Positions 39,865-48,477 of a stretch of 64,000 nucleotides of DNA are shown here, piece after piece (within the stretch, counting starts at the first letter, position 1; the number at the start of each line of letters is the position of its first letter). The notes under the pieces were generated by a model. The model was not told the DNA's origin, did no database searches, and saw only the letters and a program-made list of their open reading frames with translations. The stretch is from Candidatus Moraniibacteriota bacterium. Its GTDB lineage: Bacteria; Patescibacteriota; Minisyncoccia; Moranbacterales; GWC2-37-73. Location: the NCBI GenBank assembly GCA_035390125.1, contig DAOOTD010000002.1:233908-297907 (forward strand), read 5' to 3'. A program made the position numbers and the translations under genes.

Positions 39865-42180
39865 ATGTATTTAAAAAAAGTTGAAATATCAGGATTTAAA
39901 TCTTTTGCCAACAAAGTCACACTGGAATTTTTGCCAGCGGGAAATTTTAATAGTGACTCCAAAAACAAAGGCATAACTTCTATTGTCGGACCTAATGGAT
40001 CAGGAAAGTCTAATGTGGCAGATGCAATAAAATGGGCCATGGGGGAACAGTCCATGAAAACGCTTCGTGGCAAAAAATCAGAAGATGTTATTTTTGCTGG
40101 TTCGGGAACAAAAGCCAGACTGTCTAGTGCGCATGTTTCTCTTTATTTTGACAATAAAGATAAGCGTATTCCTTTGGAATTTTCTGAAGTCGAAATATCT
40201 AGGAAGATTTACCGTAGTGGAGAATCAGAATATCTTATTAATGGCAGTAAGACTCGACTTATTGATGTTGTCGATTTATTAGCCAAAGCCGGCATAGGAA
40301 AAGAAAGTTACTGTGTTATCAATCAAGGCATGTCAGATGCTTTTCTAAATGCATCTTCCATAGATAGGCGCAGTGTTCTGGAAGATGCAGCCGGAGTGAA
40401 GCAATATCAGATTAAAAAACAGCGAGCAGCTAAGAAAATTGATTGGACCAGAGAAAACATGGAAAGGGTAAGTGGGCTTATACGCGAAATAGAACCTCAT
40501 CTAAAGATGCTTAAGCGCCAGGCGCAAAAAGCCCAGCAAGGAAAAGAAATTGCAGAGAAACTCAAAGAAAGACAAAATAAACTATTTTCTTTTTTGTGGC
40601 ACCAATTTCAGTTAGAACAGGAACAATTTTCACGGGAAAAAGATAGCCTTGGAGCTTTAATGATGAATACGCAGAGGGAAGTAGATAAGATAAATGATGA
40701 ACTAAGTAAGGAATCGGCTGATGCACAGGAATCAAAAAAACAAAATGAGTTAGAGAAAAAACAGTCGGAAATAAGGCAAAAAATAAATGAAATCGAACGA
40801 GAGCTTATTATTTCAGAGGGGCGCATTGTAGTTGAAAAAGAAAAAATGGCCAGCCAAAAAATAATAGAAATTATTCCGGTTGATCTCAAATATGTTCAGG
40901 AAAAAATTAAACATATCCGTGAAGCACAGGAAAGATTGATAAAAGAAGTTGAAGGAGCAGAAAGCCTAGAAGAATTGCAAGATATTAAAGAGCATGCACG
41001 GGCTATCCAACAGCAGTTGCATGATTTATATGAAGAATCAGGAAAAGGAGAAGTTTCAGTAAAAAAGGATAATTCAAAAGAAACGCAGGAAATTCAAAAT
41101 AAAATCAACGAGTTGGAAAATAAGAAAAAAGATCTACTTAGCTCAGAAAATAAATTAAAAACCGAACTTGAAAAAACAGAAAAGGAAATAAACCAAGAAA
41201 TGCAGAAAGCAAAGGAGTTGAGAGAAAGATTTTTCCAATTAGAACGTGAATCCAGAAACAAACAGGAGCAACTTTCTGGCCTAAAAGACCAATTTAATGA
41301 AGCAAAAATAAAATTAGCTAAGATAGAGGTTCGTGAGGAGGATTTAACCAATGAAATAAAGAATTCTCTCAAACAGGATCCAGGCGAACTCAAATATGAC
41401 GGCCAATCTGTAGAAAAAGAAATATTGGAACATGAAATAGAGCGCTTGAAGATGCAAATGGAACAAATCGGAGGAATTGATCCGATGATTGTTCAGGAAT
41501 ATAACGAAACAAGTGCCCGTTTCGATTTTCTTACCCAGGAGCTCAAAGATTTGGCTGATGCTTTAATATCATTAGAAGCTGTTATAAAAGAGATGGATCA
41601 GCGTATAAATTCCGAGTTTGAAAAAGCTTTTGAACAGATCAACAAGGAATTCACAAAATATTTCCGGACTATTTTTGGAGGTGGCAATGCTTATCTGACT
41701 AAAATTAAAATTCCTCCGCGTGGCGTTTATGAAGAAAAAAATAACGAAAATCAAGAAAATATTGAAGAAGTTGAAAATGAGGAAGAAAAAAAAGAAGAAA
41801 AAAGATATGAAATTGGCATTGACATTTATGCCTGCCCTCCGGGCAAGAAAATTGCCAATCTGCCCATGCTTTCTGGTGGAGAAAGGTCTTTGACGGCTCT
41901 AGCATTATTATTTGCCGTTATCTCATATAATCCACCGCCATTCGCCATCCTGGATGAAGTTGAAGCTGCACTTGATGAAGCTAACTCCAGAAGGTTTGGA
42001 AAAATTTTGCAGGATCTTTCTGATTCGACCCAGTTTATAGCTATTACTCATAACCGCGAAACTATGCGTCAGTCAGCTCTATTATATGGTGTGACAATGG
42101 GAGAGGATGGAATTTCAAAACTGCTTTCAGTAAAGATTGACCAGGTTGATCAGAGTGGAGAAATTATTCCAAAAAAATAG
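39865..42180 (+). CDS. smc: SMC-family chromosome segregation ATPase (short, 771 aa)
   Basis: GFKSFA, GPNGSGKSN, LRG..SEDVIFAG, LSGGE, LDEVEAALDEAN, ITHN; ATG 39865. Confidence 0.92.
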   Translation: MYLKKVEISGFKSFANKVTLEFLPAGNFNSDSKNKGITSIVGPNGSGKSNVADAIKWAMGEQSMKTLRGKKSEDVIFAGSGTKARLSSAHVSLYFDNKDKRIPLEFSEVEISRKIYRSGESEYLINGSKTRLIDVVDLLAKAGIGKESYCVINQGMSDAFLNASSIDRRSVLEDAAGVKQYQIKKQRAAKKIDWTRENMERVSGLIREIEPHLKMLKRQAQKAQQGKEIAEKLKERQNKLFSFLWHQFQLEQEQFSREKDSLGALMMNTQREVDKINDELSKESADAQESKKQNELEKKQSEIRQKINEIERELIISEGRIVVEKEKMASQKIIEIIPVDLKYVQEKIKHIREAQERLIKEVEGAESLEELQDIKEHARAIQQQLHDLYEESGKGEVSVKKDNSKETQEIQNKINELENKKKDLLSSENKLKTELEKTEKEINQEMQKAKELRERFFQLERESRNKQEQLSGLKDQFNEAKIKLAKIEVREEDLTNEIKNSLKQDPGELKYDGQSVEKEILEHEIERLKMQMEQIGGIDPMIVQEYNETSARFDFLTQELKDLADALISLEAVIKEMDQRINSEFEKAFEQINKEFTKYFRTIFGGGNAYLTKIKIPPRGVYEEKNNENQENIEEVENEEEKKEEKRYEIGIDIYACPPGKKIANLPMLSGGERSLTALALLFAVISYNPPPFAILDEVEAALDEANSRRFGKILQDLSDSTQFIAITHNRETMRQSALLYGVTMGEDGISKLLSVKIDQVDQSGEIIPKK

Positions 42181-42330
42181 ATAATCCTTTTATCCTGTAT
42201 GGGTTAAAATTTCCTGACTATTGACAAAAAGGCAAATAAGCTATTCCAAATATTTAAAAAAAGCTGTATAATCAAAGTATGCATGAGTCACATGCAAAAT
42301 TAATAATAATTAATTAAATAATAAAAAGTT

Positions 42331-42612
42331 ATGGCAAAAATGACGAAGTCACAGGTTGTGACAGCTTTGTCTGAAAAAACAGGCTTGGCAAAAAAAGAGG
42401 TTGCTGGATTTCTTGACAATCTCTCAGCACTTGCTTACGGAGAAGTAAAAAAGAATGGAGAATTTGTTCTCCCAGGTTTTGGAAAAATGGTAAAAGCAAA
42501 ACGCAAAGCTAGAGTAGGAGTTAATCCTGCAACTGGAGAAAAGATCCAAATTGCCGCAAAAACTGTGGTTAAGTTCCGCTTGGCAAAAGCTGCAAAAGAA
42601 GCAGTTCTTTAG
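42331..42612 (+). CDS. hup: HU DNA-binding protein
   Basis: MTKSQ, LPGFGK, RVGVNPATGEKIQI. Confidence 0.95.
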   Translation: MAKMTKSQVVTALSEKTGLAKKEVAGFLDNLSALAYGEVKKNGEFVLPGFGKMVKAKRKARVGVNPATGEKIQIAAKTVVKFRLAKAAKEAVL

Positions 42613-42762
42613 GTCTTGAGCTTTTTGATATATACAAAGCCCTTATTTTCATAAGGGCTTTTGTTTTTTATTGTTTTTATGATATAATTTAAGCTAGAAA
42701 ATATTATTTTTTAATAATTTCAATGTAAATTTGTTTTAATAATTTTGCATTGTATTAAAAAA

Positions 42763-45141
42763 ATGAATACAAAAATCAGTTTTGTAACTTTATTTTCAGT
42801 CTTATCACTTGTTCTTGTTTGTGGAATTTTTCTTCCCATAAAAACAGTAAATGCCGCGGTTGGTTCTTTTTCTTGTTCTGATTATCAAACTGCTCCTACT
42901 GGTTCTGGCTTCGGCTATATAACGCTTTGGAATAATAAAATTACAGGAACAATAACCAGTTCTGTTAGTCCAGGAGGAACCGTAACAGTTTATTTGAAAG
43001 ATATATCCTATACGGGTACAGGCTCGCAGGAATGGCATAAACCAGTATATGGCACTATAGGTGGAGTTCAGAGATCTTTTACTGGATCAAACCAAGCAGT
43101 ACCTGGCAGTGGCTATCTTCCTTATTTTGAAAGTACTCAAACTTTTCCTGCTCCCTCTACTCCGGGAACTTATACATTACAATTAACAAGTAGCTGGGAT
43201 GGAAGAAATTTATGTTCCTGTTCTTCCTGCAGTGCTGGTACTTTTACAGTTACTGCTCCTGCCTACTGCACTTTGCCTTGGGGAGGAACAATATCAAACG
43301 GCGCCTCAGTTTATGCTTATTATTATCCTTCAGTTGCCTGTGGCTTAGATTGTGCTAATTACCGTCAGACACGAACTTGCAATAATGGAGTTTTGAGTAA
43401 TTCAAATACTTATCAAAGTTGCTATACACAGGCTTGTGCTTCATGCAGTCTCCCTTGGGGCGGAACCGTGGCTCATGGCGGTTCAGTGACTGCCTACGCT
43501 TCAGGTTCAGTTCCTTGTGGATCATCCTGCACCAGCCAGACTAGAACCTGCAGCAATGGAACACTTAGTGGTTCATATACTAATTCAAGTTGTAGTGTAG
43601 CAGCTTGTGCCTGCAATCTACCCTGGGGAGGCACATTAACTCATGGCGGTTCAGTGACTGCCTACGCTTCAGGTTCAGTTCCTTGTGGATCATCCTGCAC
43701 CAGCCAGACTAGAACCTGCAGCAATGGAACACTTAGTGGTTCATATACTAATTCAAGTTGTAGTGTAGCAGCCTGTGCTTCCTGTACTTCACCCTGGGGC
43801 ACAACTGTAGTTCATGGCAGTTCTATTACTGCTTATCTTTCCAATTCAGCTGCAACATGTACTAGTCAGACAAGGACATGCAACAATGGAACATTAAGTG
43901 GTTCATATATATACCAAACTTGTACACGTTCTTGTACTTTGCCCTGGGGCGGAACAGTGGCTAGCGGTTCTTCTTTTACTGCCTATCAATCAAGTTCAGT
44001 GCCTTATGGGTCATCCTGTGTCAGCCAGACCAGAACCTGTACTGATGGAACATTAAGTGGTTCATACTCTAATCAAACTTGCAATGTAGCAGCCCCAGCT
44101 TCATGCAGTCTCCCTTGGGGCGGAACCGTGGCTCATGGCGGTTCAGTGACTGCCTACGCTTCAGGTTCAGTTCCTTGTGGATCATCCTGCACCAGCCAGA
44201 CTAGAACCTGCAGCAATGGAACACTTAGTGGTTCATATACTAATTCAAGTTGTAGTGTAACACCCTGCCCTTGCACCTTGCCTTGGGGAGGAACCCTAGC
44301 TCACGGAAGCTCAGTAACTGCTTATTTGTCCAGTTCAGCTGTAACCTGCACCAGTCAAACAAGAACATGCAATAATGGAACACTTAGCGGTTCATATACG
44401 TATCAAAGCTGTTTACGCTCATGCGCTATACCTTGGGGCGGAACAGTAGCTAGCGGTTCTTCTTTTACTGCCTATCAATCAAATTCAGTTCCTTGTGGAT
44501 CATCCTGCACCAGCCAGACCAGAACCTGCACTAATGGAACACTAACTGGTTCATATTCCAACAGAACTTGCAGCGTAGCACCTTGTCCTTGTACTTCACC
44601 TTGGGGTACAACCGTGGCTCATGGCAGTTCTATCACTGCCTACTCCTCAAGTTCAGTAGCCTGCGGATCATCCTGTGATAGTGTCAAACAAAATAGAACC
44701 TGCACCAATGGAGTCTTGAGCGGAACAGCCACCAACCAAAACTGCAGCGTAGCACCTTGTCCCTGCACCACGCCTTGGGGCACAACTGTAGCTAGCGGCA
44801 GTTCAGTCGACGCCTATAAAGACAGCTATGCACCTTATGGATCAGAGTGTGTCAAAGAAACTAGACAATGCACGGATGGAAGCTTAAATGGTTCCTATAC
44901 CAACCAGAGCTGCTGTCAGGCAGATAACTGCGAGCAAAGAACCTGCCAAGGCAAGCAATGCAATAATGGCTGCAAGCTTATGGATGGCGTCAAAACTGAC
45001 GGTGCCTGCTGTGTCTCAAATGGTTGTGAAAAAAACACCTGCAAAGGCAAAACTTGCGATAATGGATGTATTTCTAACGCCTATGGAACCAAGAAATGTT
45101 CCGGCCCAGTAGGCCCAGGCATTTGGACGGAGATATATTAA
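42763..45141 (+). CDS. Secreted Cys-rich repeat surface protein (10 C-x-x-PWG...RxC repeats)
   Basis: Signal peptide ending near VNA-A; ten 50-59 aa repeats; Cys-rich C-terminus; ATG 42763. Confidence 0.9.
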   Translation: MNTKISFVTLFSVLSLVLVCGIFLPIKTVNAAVGSFSCSDYQTAPTGSGFGYITLWNNKITGTITSSVSPGGTVTVYLKDISYTGTGSQEWHKPVYGTIGGVQRSFTGSNQAVPGSGYLPYFESTQTFPAPSTPGTYTLQLTSSWDGRNLCSCSSCSAGTFTVTAPAYCTLPWGGTISNGASVYAYYYPSVACGLDCANYRQTRTCNNGVLSNSNTYQSCYTQACASCSLPWGGTVAHGGSVTAYASGSVPCGSSCTSQTRTCSNGTLSGSYTNSSCSVAACACNLPWGGTLTHGGSVTAYASGSVPCGSSCTSQTRTCSNGTLSGSYTNSSCSVAACASCTSPWGTTVVHGSSITAYLSNSAATCTSQTRTCNNGTLSGSYIYQTCTRSCTLPWGGTVASGSSFTAYQSSSVPYGSSCVSQTRTCTDGTLSGSYSNQTCNVAAPASCSLPWGGTVAHGGSVTAYASGSVPCGSSCTSQTRTCSNGTLSGSYTNSSCSVTPCPCTLPWGGTLAHGSSVTAYLSSSAVTCTSQTRTCNNGTLSGSYTYQSCLRSCAIPWGGTVASGSSFTAYQSNSVPCGSSCTSQTRTCTNGTLTGSYSNRTCSVAPCPCTSPWGTTVAHGSSITAYSSSSVACGSSCDSVKQNRTCTNGVLSGTATNQNCSVAPCPCTTPWGTTVASGSSVDAYKDSYAPYGSECVKETRQCTDGSLNGSYTNQSCCQADNCEQRTCQGKQCNNGCKLMDGVKTDGACCVSNGCEKNTCKGKTCDNGCISNAYGTKKCSGPVGPGIWTEIY
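43438..44259 (+). repeat. Intragenic direct repeats (162 bp identical 43438-43599 = 44098-44259; 133 bp identical 43472-43604 = 43640-43772)
   Basis: Base-by-base comparison of the repeat units. Confidence 0.93.
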
Positions 45142-45213
45142 TTACTAGCAGTTTTTAATTTAGAAAGTCAATATTTTATTATCTAGTTAAAAATAATTAT
45201 TAAAAATAAAAAA

Positions 45214-45768
45214 ATGAAAAAAATTATTATCTCAATTTTTTTATTAACGGGAGGAATGGTTGTTTTATCAGGCTGTTCTCAGTATCAAACAAGCCAAAAT
45301 AATCAGGCAACAAAAATAATTTCTGAAAAATCAAAAGTTAATCAGGCATCTGAAGCAGAAGGCTATCTGGTTGTTGATGAAATAAAAATAAAGCTGCCTC
45401 CTGATTGGAAAATAGAGAAAAAAGAATCAGATAAAATTTATATAAAAGATAATAAATTGGAAACAGAATATAACACGCTCCTTACTGTTAAATTTGAAAA
45501 GAATCCTCCGGCTATGCTCGATGATTACAAAAATGGAAAAAATATCGGATTCGATAACATGAAAGATGAAAAAAATGAAATATTCAAAAATGCTTGTTCT
45601 GGAATTGCTTGTAATGGAATTATTTCTGATGGTAATATTTACTACCTTGTTTGGGCAGTGGAAACCGATCAACCTGCTCCTGAAAATCTAAAAGGGAGTT
45701 GGGAACCAGAGCATCATTTCAACACGGATAACATCTGGGAAATGCTTAAAAATATAATCGTTCAATAA
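45214..45768 (+). CDS. Hypothetical lipoprotein
   Basis: MKK plus hydrophobic stretch plus LSGC lipobox. Confidence 0.75.
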   Translation: MKKIIISIFLLTGGMVVLSGCSQYQTSQNNQATKIISEKSKVNQASEAEGYLVVDEIKIKLPPDWKIEKKESDKIYIKDNKLETEYNTLLTVKFEKNPPAMLDDYKNGKNIGFDNMKDEKNEIFKNACSGIACNGIISDGNIYYLVWAVETDQPAPENLKGSWEPEHHFNTDNIWEMLKNIIVQ

Positions 45769-45953
45769 TATTGAAAATAAGAAGCTTATTCTTAATAAAA
45801 TAAAAACCCCTAAAATAGGGGTTTTTGCATTAAATTCTTGACAAAATTTATAATTCGGATATACTGGATAAGTACTAAAAATCGGCCTAAATAAGGGCAA
45901 AGAAGGGAGTATTGATGATACTCAATAATTTGTTTACAGCAAAAATATAAAAT

Positions 45954-46433
45954 ATGTTAGCAATTAGATTTGAAAGAGTTGGAAGAAAAAATAAAGCTCA
46001 ATTCAGAATTGTGCTACAGGAACACACTGTCGCTCCGGGAGGGCGTCATGTTGCTGTGCTTGGAAATTATGATCCACATCAGAAAAAAGCTGTTTTTAAG
46101 GCAGAAAAAATAAAGGAATGGATAGCAAAAGGAGCCCAGGTTTCTGATAGTGTTTATAATCTTTTTATTAGAGAAGGTGTTATTGAAGGAAAGAAGCGGT
46201 CAATAAAAATGGAAAAACCAAAAACTAAGGAAATCCCAGCTGAGCCAGTTGAAGAAGAAGCAAAGACAGAAGAGCCTAAAGTTGAGGAAACCAAATCCGA
46301 GAATCCTGTTGCTGAAATTAAAGAAGAAATAAAGACTGAAGAGCCTAAAGTTGAAACTGTTAAAGAAATAATTGCTGAAATTAAAGAAGAAGTAAAACCT
46401 GAAGAACCTAAGATTGAGGAAGCTGTTAAATAA
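45954..46433 (+). CDS. rpsP: 30S ribosomal protein S16 with acidic repetitive tail
   Basis: MLAIRFERVGRK, LGNYDP, WIAKGAQVSDSV. Confidence 0.96.
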   Translation: MLAIRFERVGRKNKAQFRIVLQEHTVAPGGRHVAVLGNYDPHQKKAVFKAEKIKEWIAKGAQVSDSVYNLFIREGVIEGKKRSIKMEKPKTKEIPAEPVEEEAKTEEPKVEETKSENPVAEIKEEIKTEEPKVETVKEIIAEIKEEVKPEEPKIEEAVK

Positions 46434-46459
46434 GATATTTGGAAAATTTAATATAGTAA

Positions 46460-46570
46460 GTCCGCAGACAATGGGAGGCTGTAAAAAAGCGTAATACCCA
46501 TCGAGGAATATCAGAAACATTTTAATGTTTTTGGTAACAAAGGTCGATCTGTGGAAACGCAGATTTTTTA
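46460..46570 (+). ncRNA. L10 ribosomal leader (autoregulatory)
   Basis: TCCGCAGAC-AATGGG...CCCATCGAGGA kink-turn-like core upstream of rplJ, followed by GATCTGTG-GAAA-CGCAGATT-TTTT hairpin. Confidence 0.75.
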
Positions 46571-46585
46571 ATTGCAAATAATATC

Positions 46586-47107
46586 ATGTTAACAAAACAA
46601 CAAAAAATTGAACTCGTAAAAAATTTGACCGAAAAGATTAAAGTTGCAAAAACAGCTGTTTTTGTCGATTTTAAAGGACTTAAAGTAAAAGATTCAACTG
46701 ATCTTAAAAAAGCTTTAAGAGCTGAAGGAGTAGATTATGTGGTAGTTCGCAAAACGCTTCTTGATATAGCGCTTAAAAACGCTGGAATTAAAGGAATAAG
46801 CACAAAAACAATGGAAGGACAGGTAGCTTTGTCTCTTTCTAATATTGATGAAGTGGCTGGAGCTAAAATAATCGATAAATTTGCCAAGACAAATGAAAAT
46901 ATTAAAATGTTGGGAGGATTTCTTGGCGAACAGATTATGGATGCCGCTGAAGTCAAAGCTTTGGCAAAAATTCCATCTAGAGAAGAGCTTTTAGCAAAAC
47001 TTGTTGGAACACTCAATGCACCTGTTAGTGGGTTCGTGAATGTTTTGGCAGGAAATTTGCGAGGTTTGGTTCAGGTTCTTAATGCGATAAAAGAACAAAA
47101 AGCGTAA
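46586..47107 (+). CDS. rplJ: 50S ribosomal protein L10
   Basis: VDFKGL, VVRKTL, LAKIPSREELLAKL. Confidence 0.97.
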   Translation: MLTKQQKIELVKNLTEKIKVAKTAVFVDFKGLKVKDSTDLKKALRAEGVDYVVVRKTLLDIALKNAGIKGISTKTMEGQVALSLSNIDEVAGAKIIDKFAKTNENIKMLGGFLGEQIMDAAEVKALAKIPSREELLAKLVGTLNAPVSGFVNVLAGNLRGLVQVLNAIKEQKA

Positions 47108-47143
47108 GTTGATTAATTAAAATAATTTAAAATACTAAACAAT

Positions 47144-47551
47144 ATGACTGAAGAAAAAAAAGAAGTAAAAGTTCCTGCAAAATTTGAAAAAATTGTTGCA
47201 GAAATTGAAAAAATGAGCGTGCTTGATCTTTCGGAATTAGTGAATATTCTGGAAGATAAGTTTGGTGTAAGTGCGGCTGCTCCAATGATGATGGGAGCCA
47301 TGCCAGCAGCCGGAGGTGCTGCTGAAACAGCTGAAGAAAAGTCTGAATTCGATGTCGAATTAACTTCAGCCGGAGCTCAGAAAATCAACGTGATTAAGGC
47401 TGTTCGTGAAATTACTGGGCAAGGCCTTAAGGAAGCAAAAGACTTGGTTGATGCAGCTCCAAAGATGGTGAAAGAAAAAGTTGCTAAAGCACAAGCTGAA
47501 GAAATTAAGAAAAAATTGGAAGAAGCTGGTGCCACAGTAACATTAAAATAA
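47144..47551 (+). CDS. rplL: 50S ribosomal protein L7/L12
   Basis: [26 protein letters not shown]. Confidence 0.99.
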   Translation: MTEEKKEVKVPAKFEKIVAEIEKMSVLDLSELVNILEDKFGVSAAAPMMMGAMPAAGGAAETAEEKSEFDVELTSAGAQKINVIKAVREITGQGLKEAKDLVDAAPKMVKEKVAKAQAEEIKKKLEEAGATVTLK

Positions 47552-47575
47552 TTCTGCATTTCAATTCAAAAATTA

Positions 47576-47598
47576 AACCCCGATTAATCGGGGTTTTT
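47576..47598 (+). terminator. Intrinsic terminator after rplL
   Basis: AAACCCCGAT-ta-ATCGGGGTTT followed by T tract. Confidence 0.8.
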
Positions 47599-47684
47599 GA
47601 TATTATTATAAAATTAATAGGCGGATAATTTGCAAATATGCAAAGTCTGTCTTGACAATAAAAAAATTTCTTATAAAATAATAA

Positions 47685-47711
47685 TTAGCAGTCTATGACT
47701 GTGAGTGCTAA
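47685..47711 (+). promoter_or_regulatory. CIRCE element (HrcA operator) upstream of hsp20
   Basis: TTAGCAGTC-N9-GAGTGCTAA, one mismatch to TTAGCACTC-N9-GAGTGCTAA; just downstream of a TTGACA promoter at 47652. Confidence 0.9.
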
Positions 47712-47847
47712 TTATTAAATTTACAATTTCTTCTGAATATTTTTAGTTTAAAATAAGTATAAAAATATAGAATTAAAAATAATCAAGATAATTTATTGTA
47801 ATAATTGATATAAGGAATAAAAATTTAGAAAGGAGGTGAGAATCATT

Positions 47848-48255
47848 ATGACAAGAGGATTAATGCGATGGTCTCCTATGTGGGACATGGAAAAAATTTT
47901 CGATGATGGTTTATGGGAAGGGAATGATTTTTCTCCAGCTATTGATGTTAGCCAAGACAAGGATAATGTTATTATAGAAACATCTCTTCCTGGTATCGAT
48001 CCTGATAAAGTTGATATCTCAGTAGAGAATGATGTTCTCACTATTTCAGGACATACTGAAGAAAAAAAGGAGACTAAGAGAGAAAACTATTACCGCAAAG
48101 AAATAAGAGAAGGATCTTTTTCTCGCTCCATAATTCTGCCAATGGGAGTTAAAGCTGATCAGGCGGAAGCGAGCTATGAAAAAGGTATCCTTATGGTTTC
48201 TTTGCCTAAAGCTGATGAAGCCAAGCCGAAAAAGATTTCCATTAAAGCCAAATAG
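47848..48255 (+). CDS. Small heat-shock protein Hsp20 (alpha-crystallin)
   Basis: PAIDV, LPGID, GSFSRSIILP, ASYEKGIL; SD AGGAGGTG. Confidence 0.95.
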   Translation: MTRGLMRWSPMWDMEKIFDDGLWEGNDFSPAIDVSQDKDNVIIETSLPGIDPDKVDISVENDVLTISGHTEEKKETKRENYYRKEIREGSFSRSIILPMGVKADQAEASYEKGILMVSLPKADEAKPKKISIKAK

Positions 48256-48477
48256 TTTTTTCACAGGTTGCTTGATTCATCAAGCAACCACATGAAAAAA
48301 GTATATTTTTTAGCATTTAATTGAGAAAAATTTGTCCAAAAATTGATTAATGATAATAACAAAAAAATAATTTTAACTTTGTATTGACAGTTAAAAAATT
48401 TTTTATAAAATAGTAGTTGAAGAATCGCATATTCAAAATACTGGTTCTTTTATATAATAAATTTTAATATAAAAAAT

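Noticed and set aside
39865-42180. Wadjet/JetC, SbcC/Rad50 or RecN instead of Smc
   Set aside because: Head motifs are Smc-type; there are no jetABD or sbcD neighbours and no zinc hook.
43260-44910. CRISPR array
   Set aside because: Units are 150-177 bp, in-frame and protein-coding, with no repeat-spacer pattern and no cas genes.
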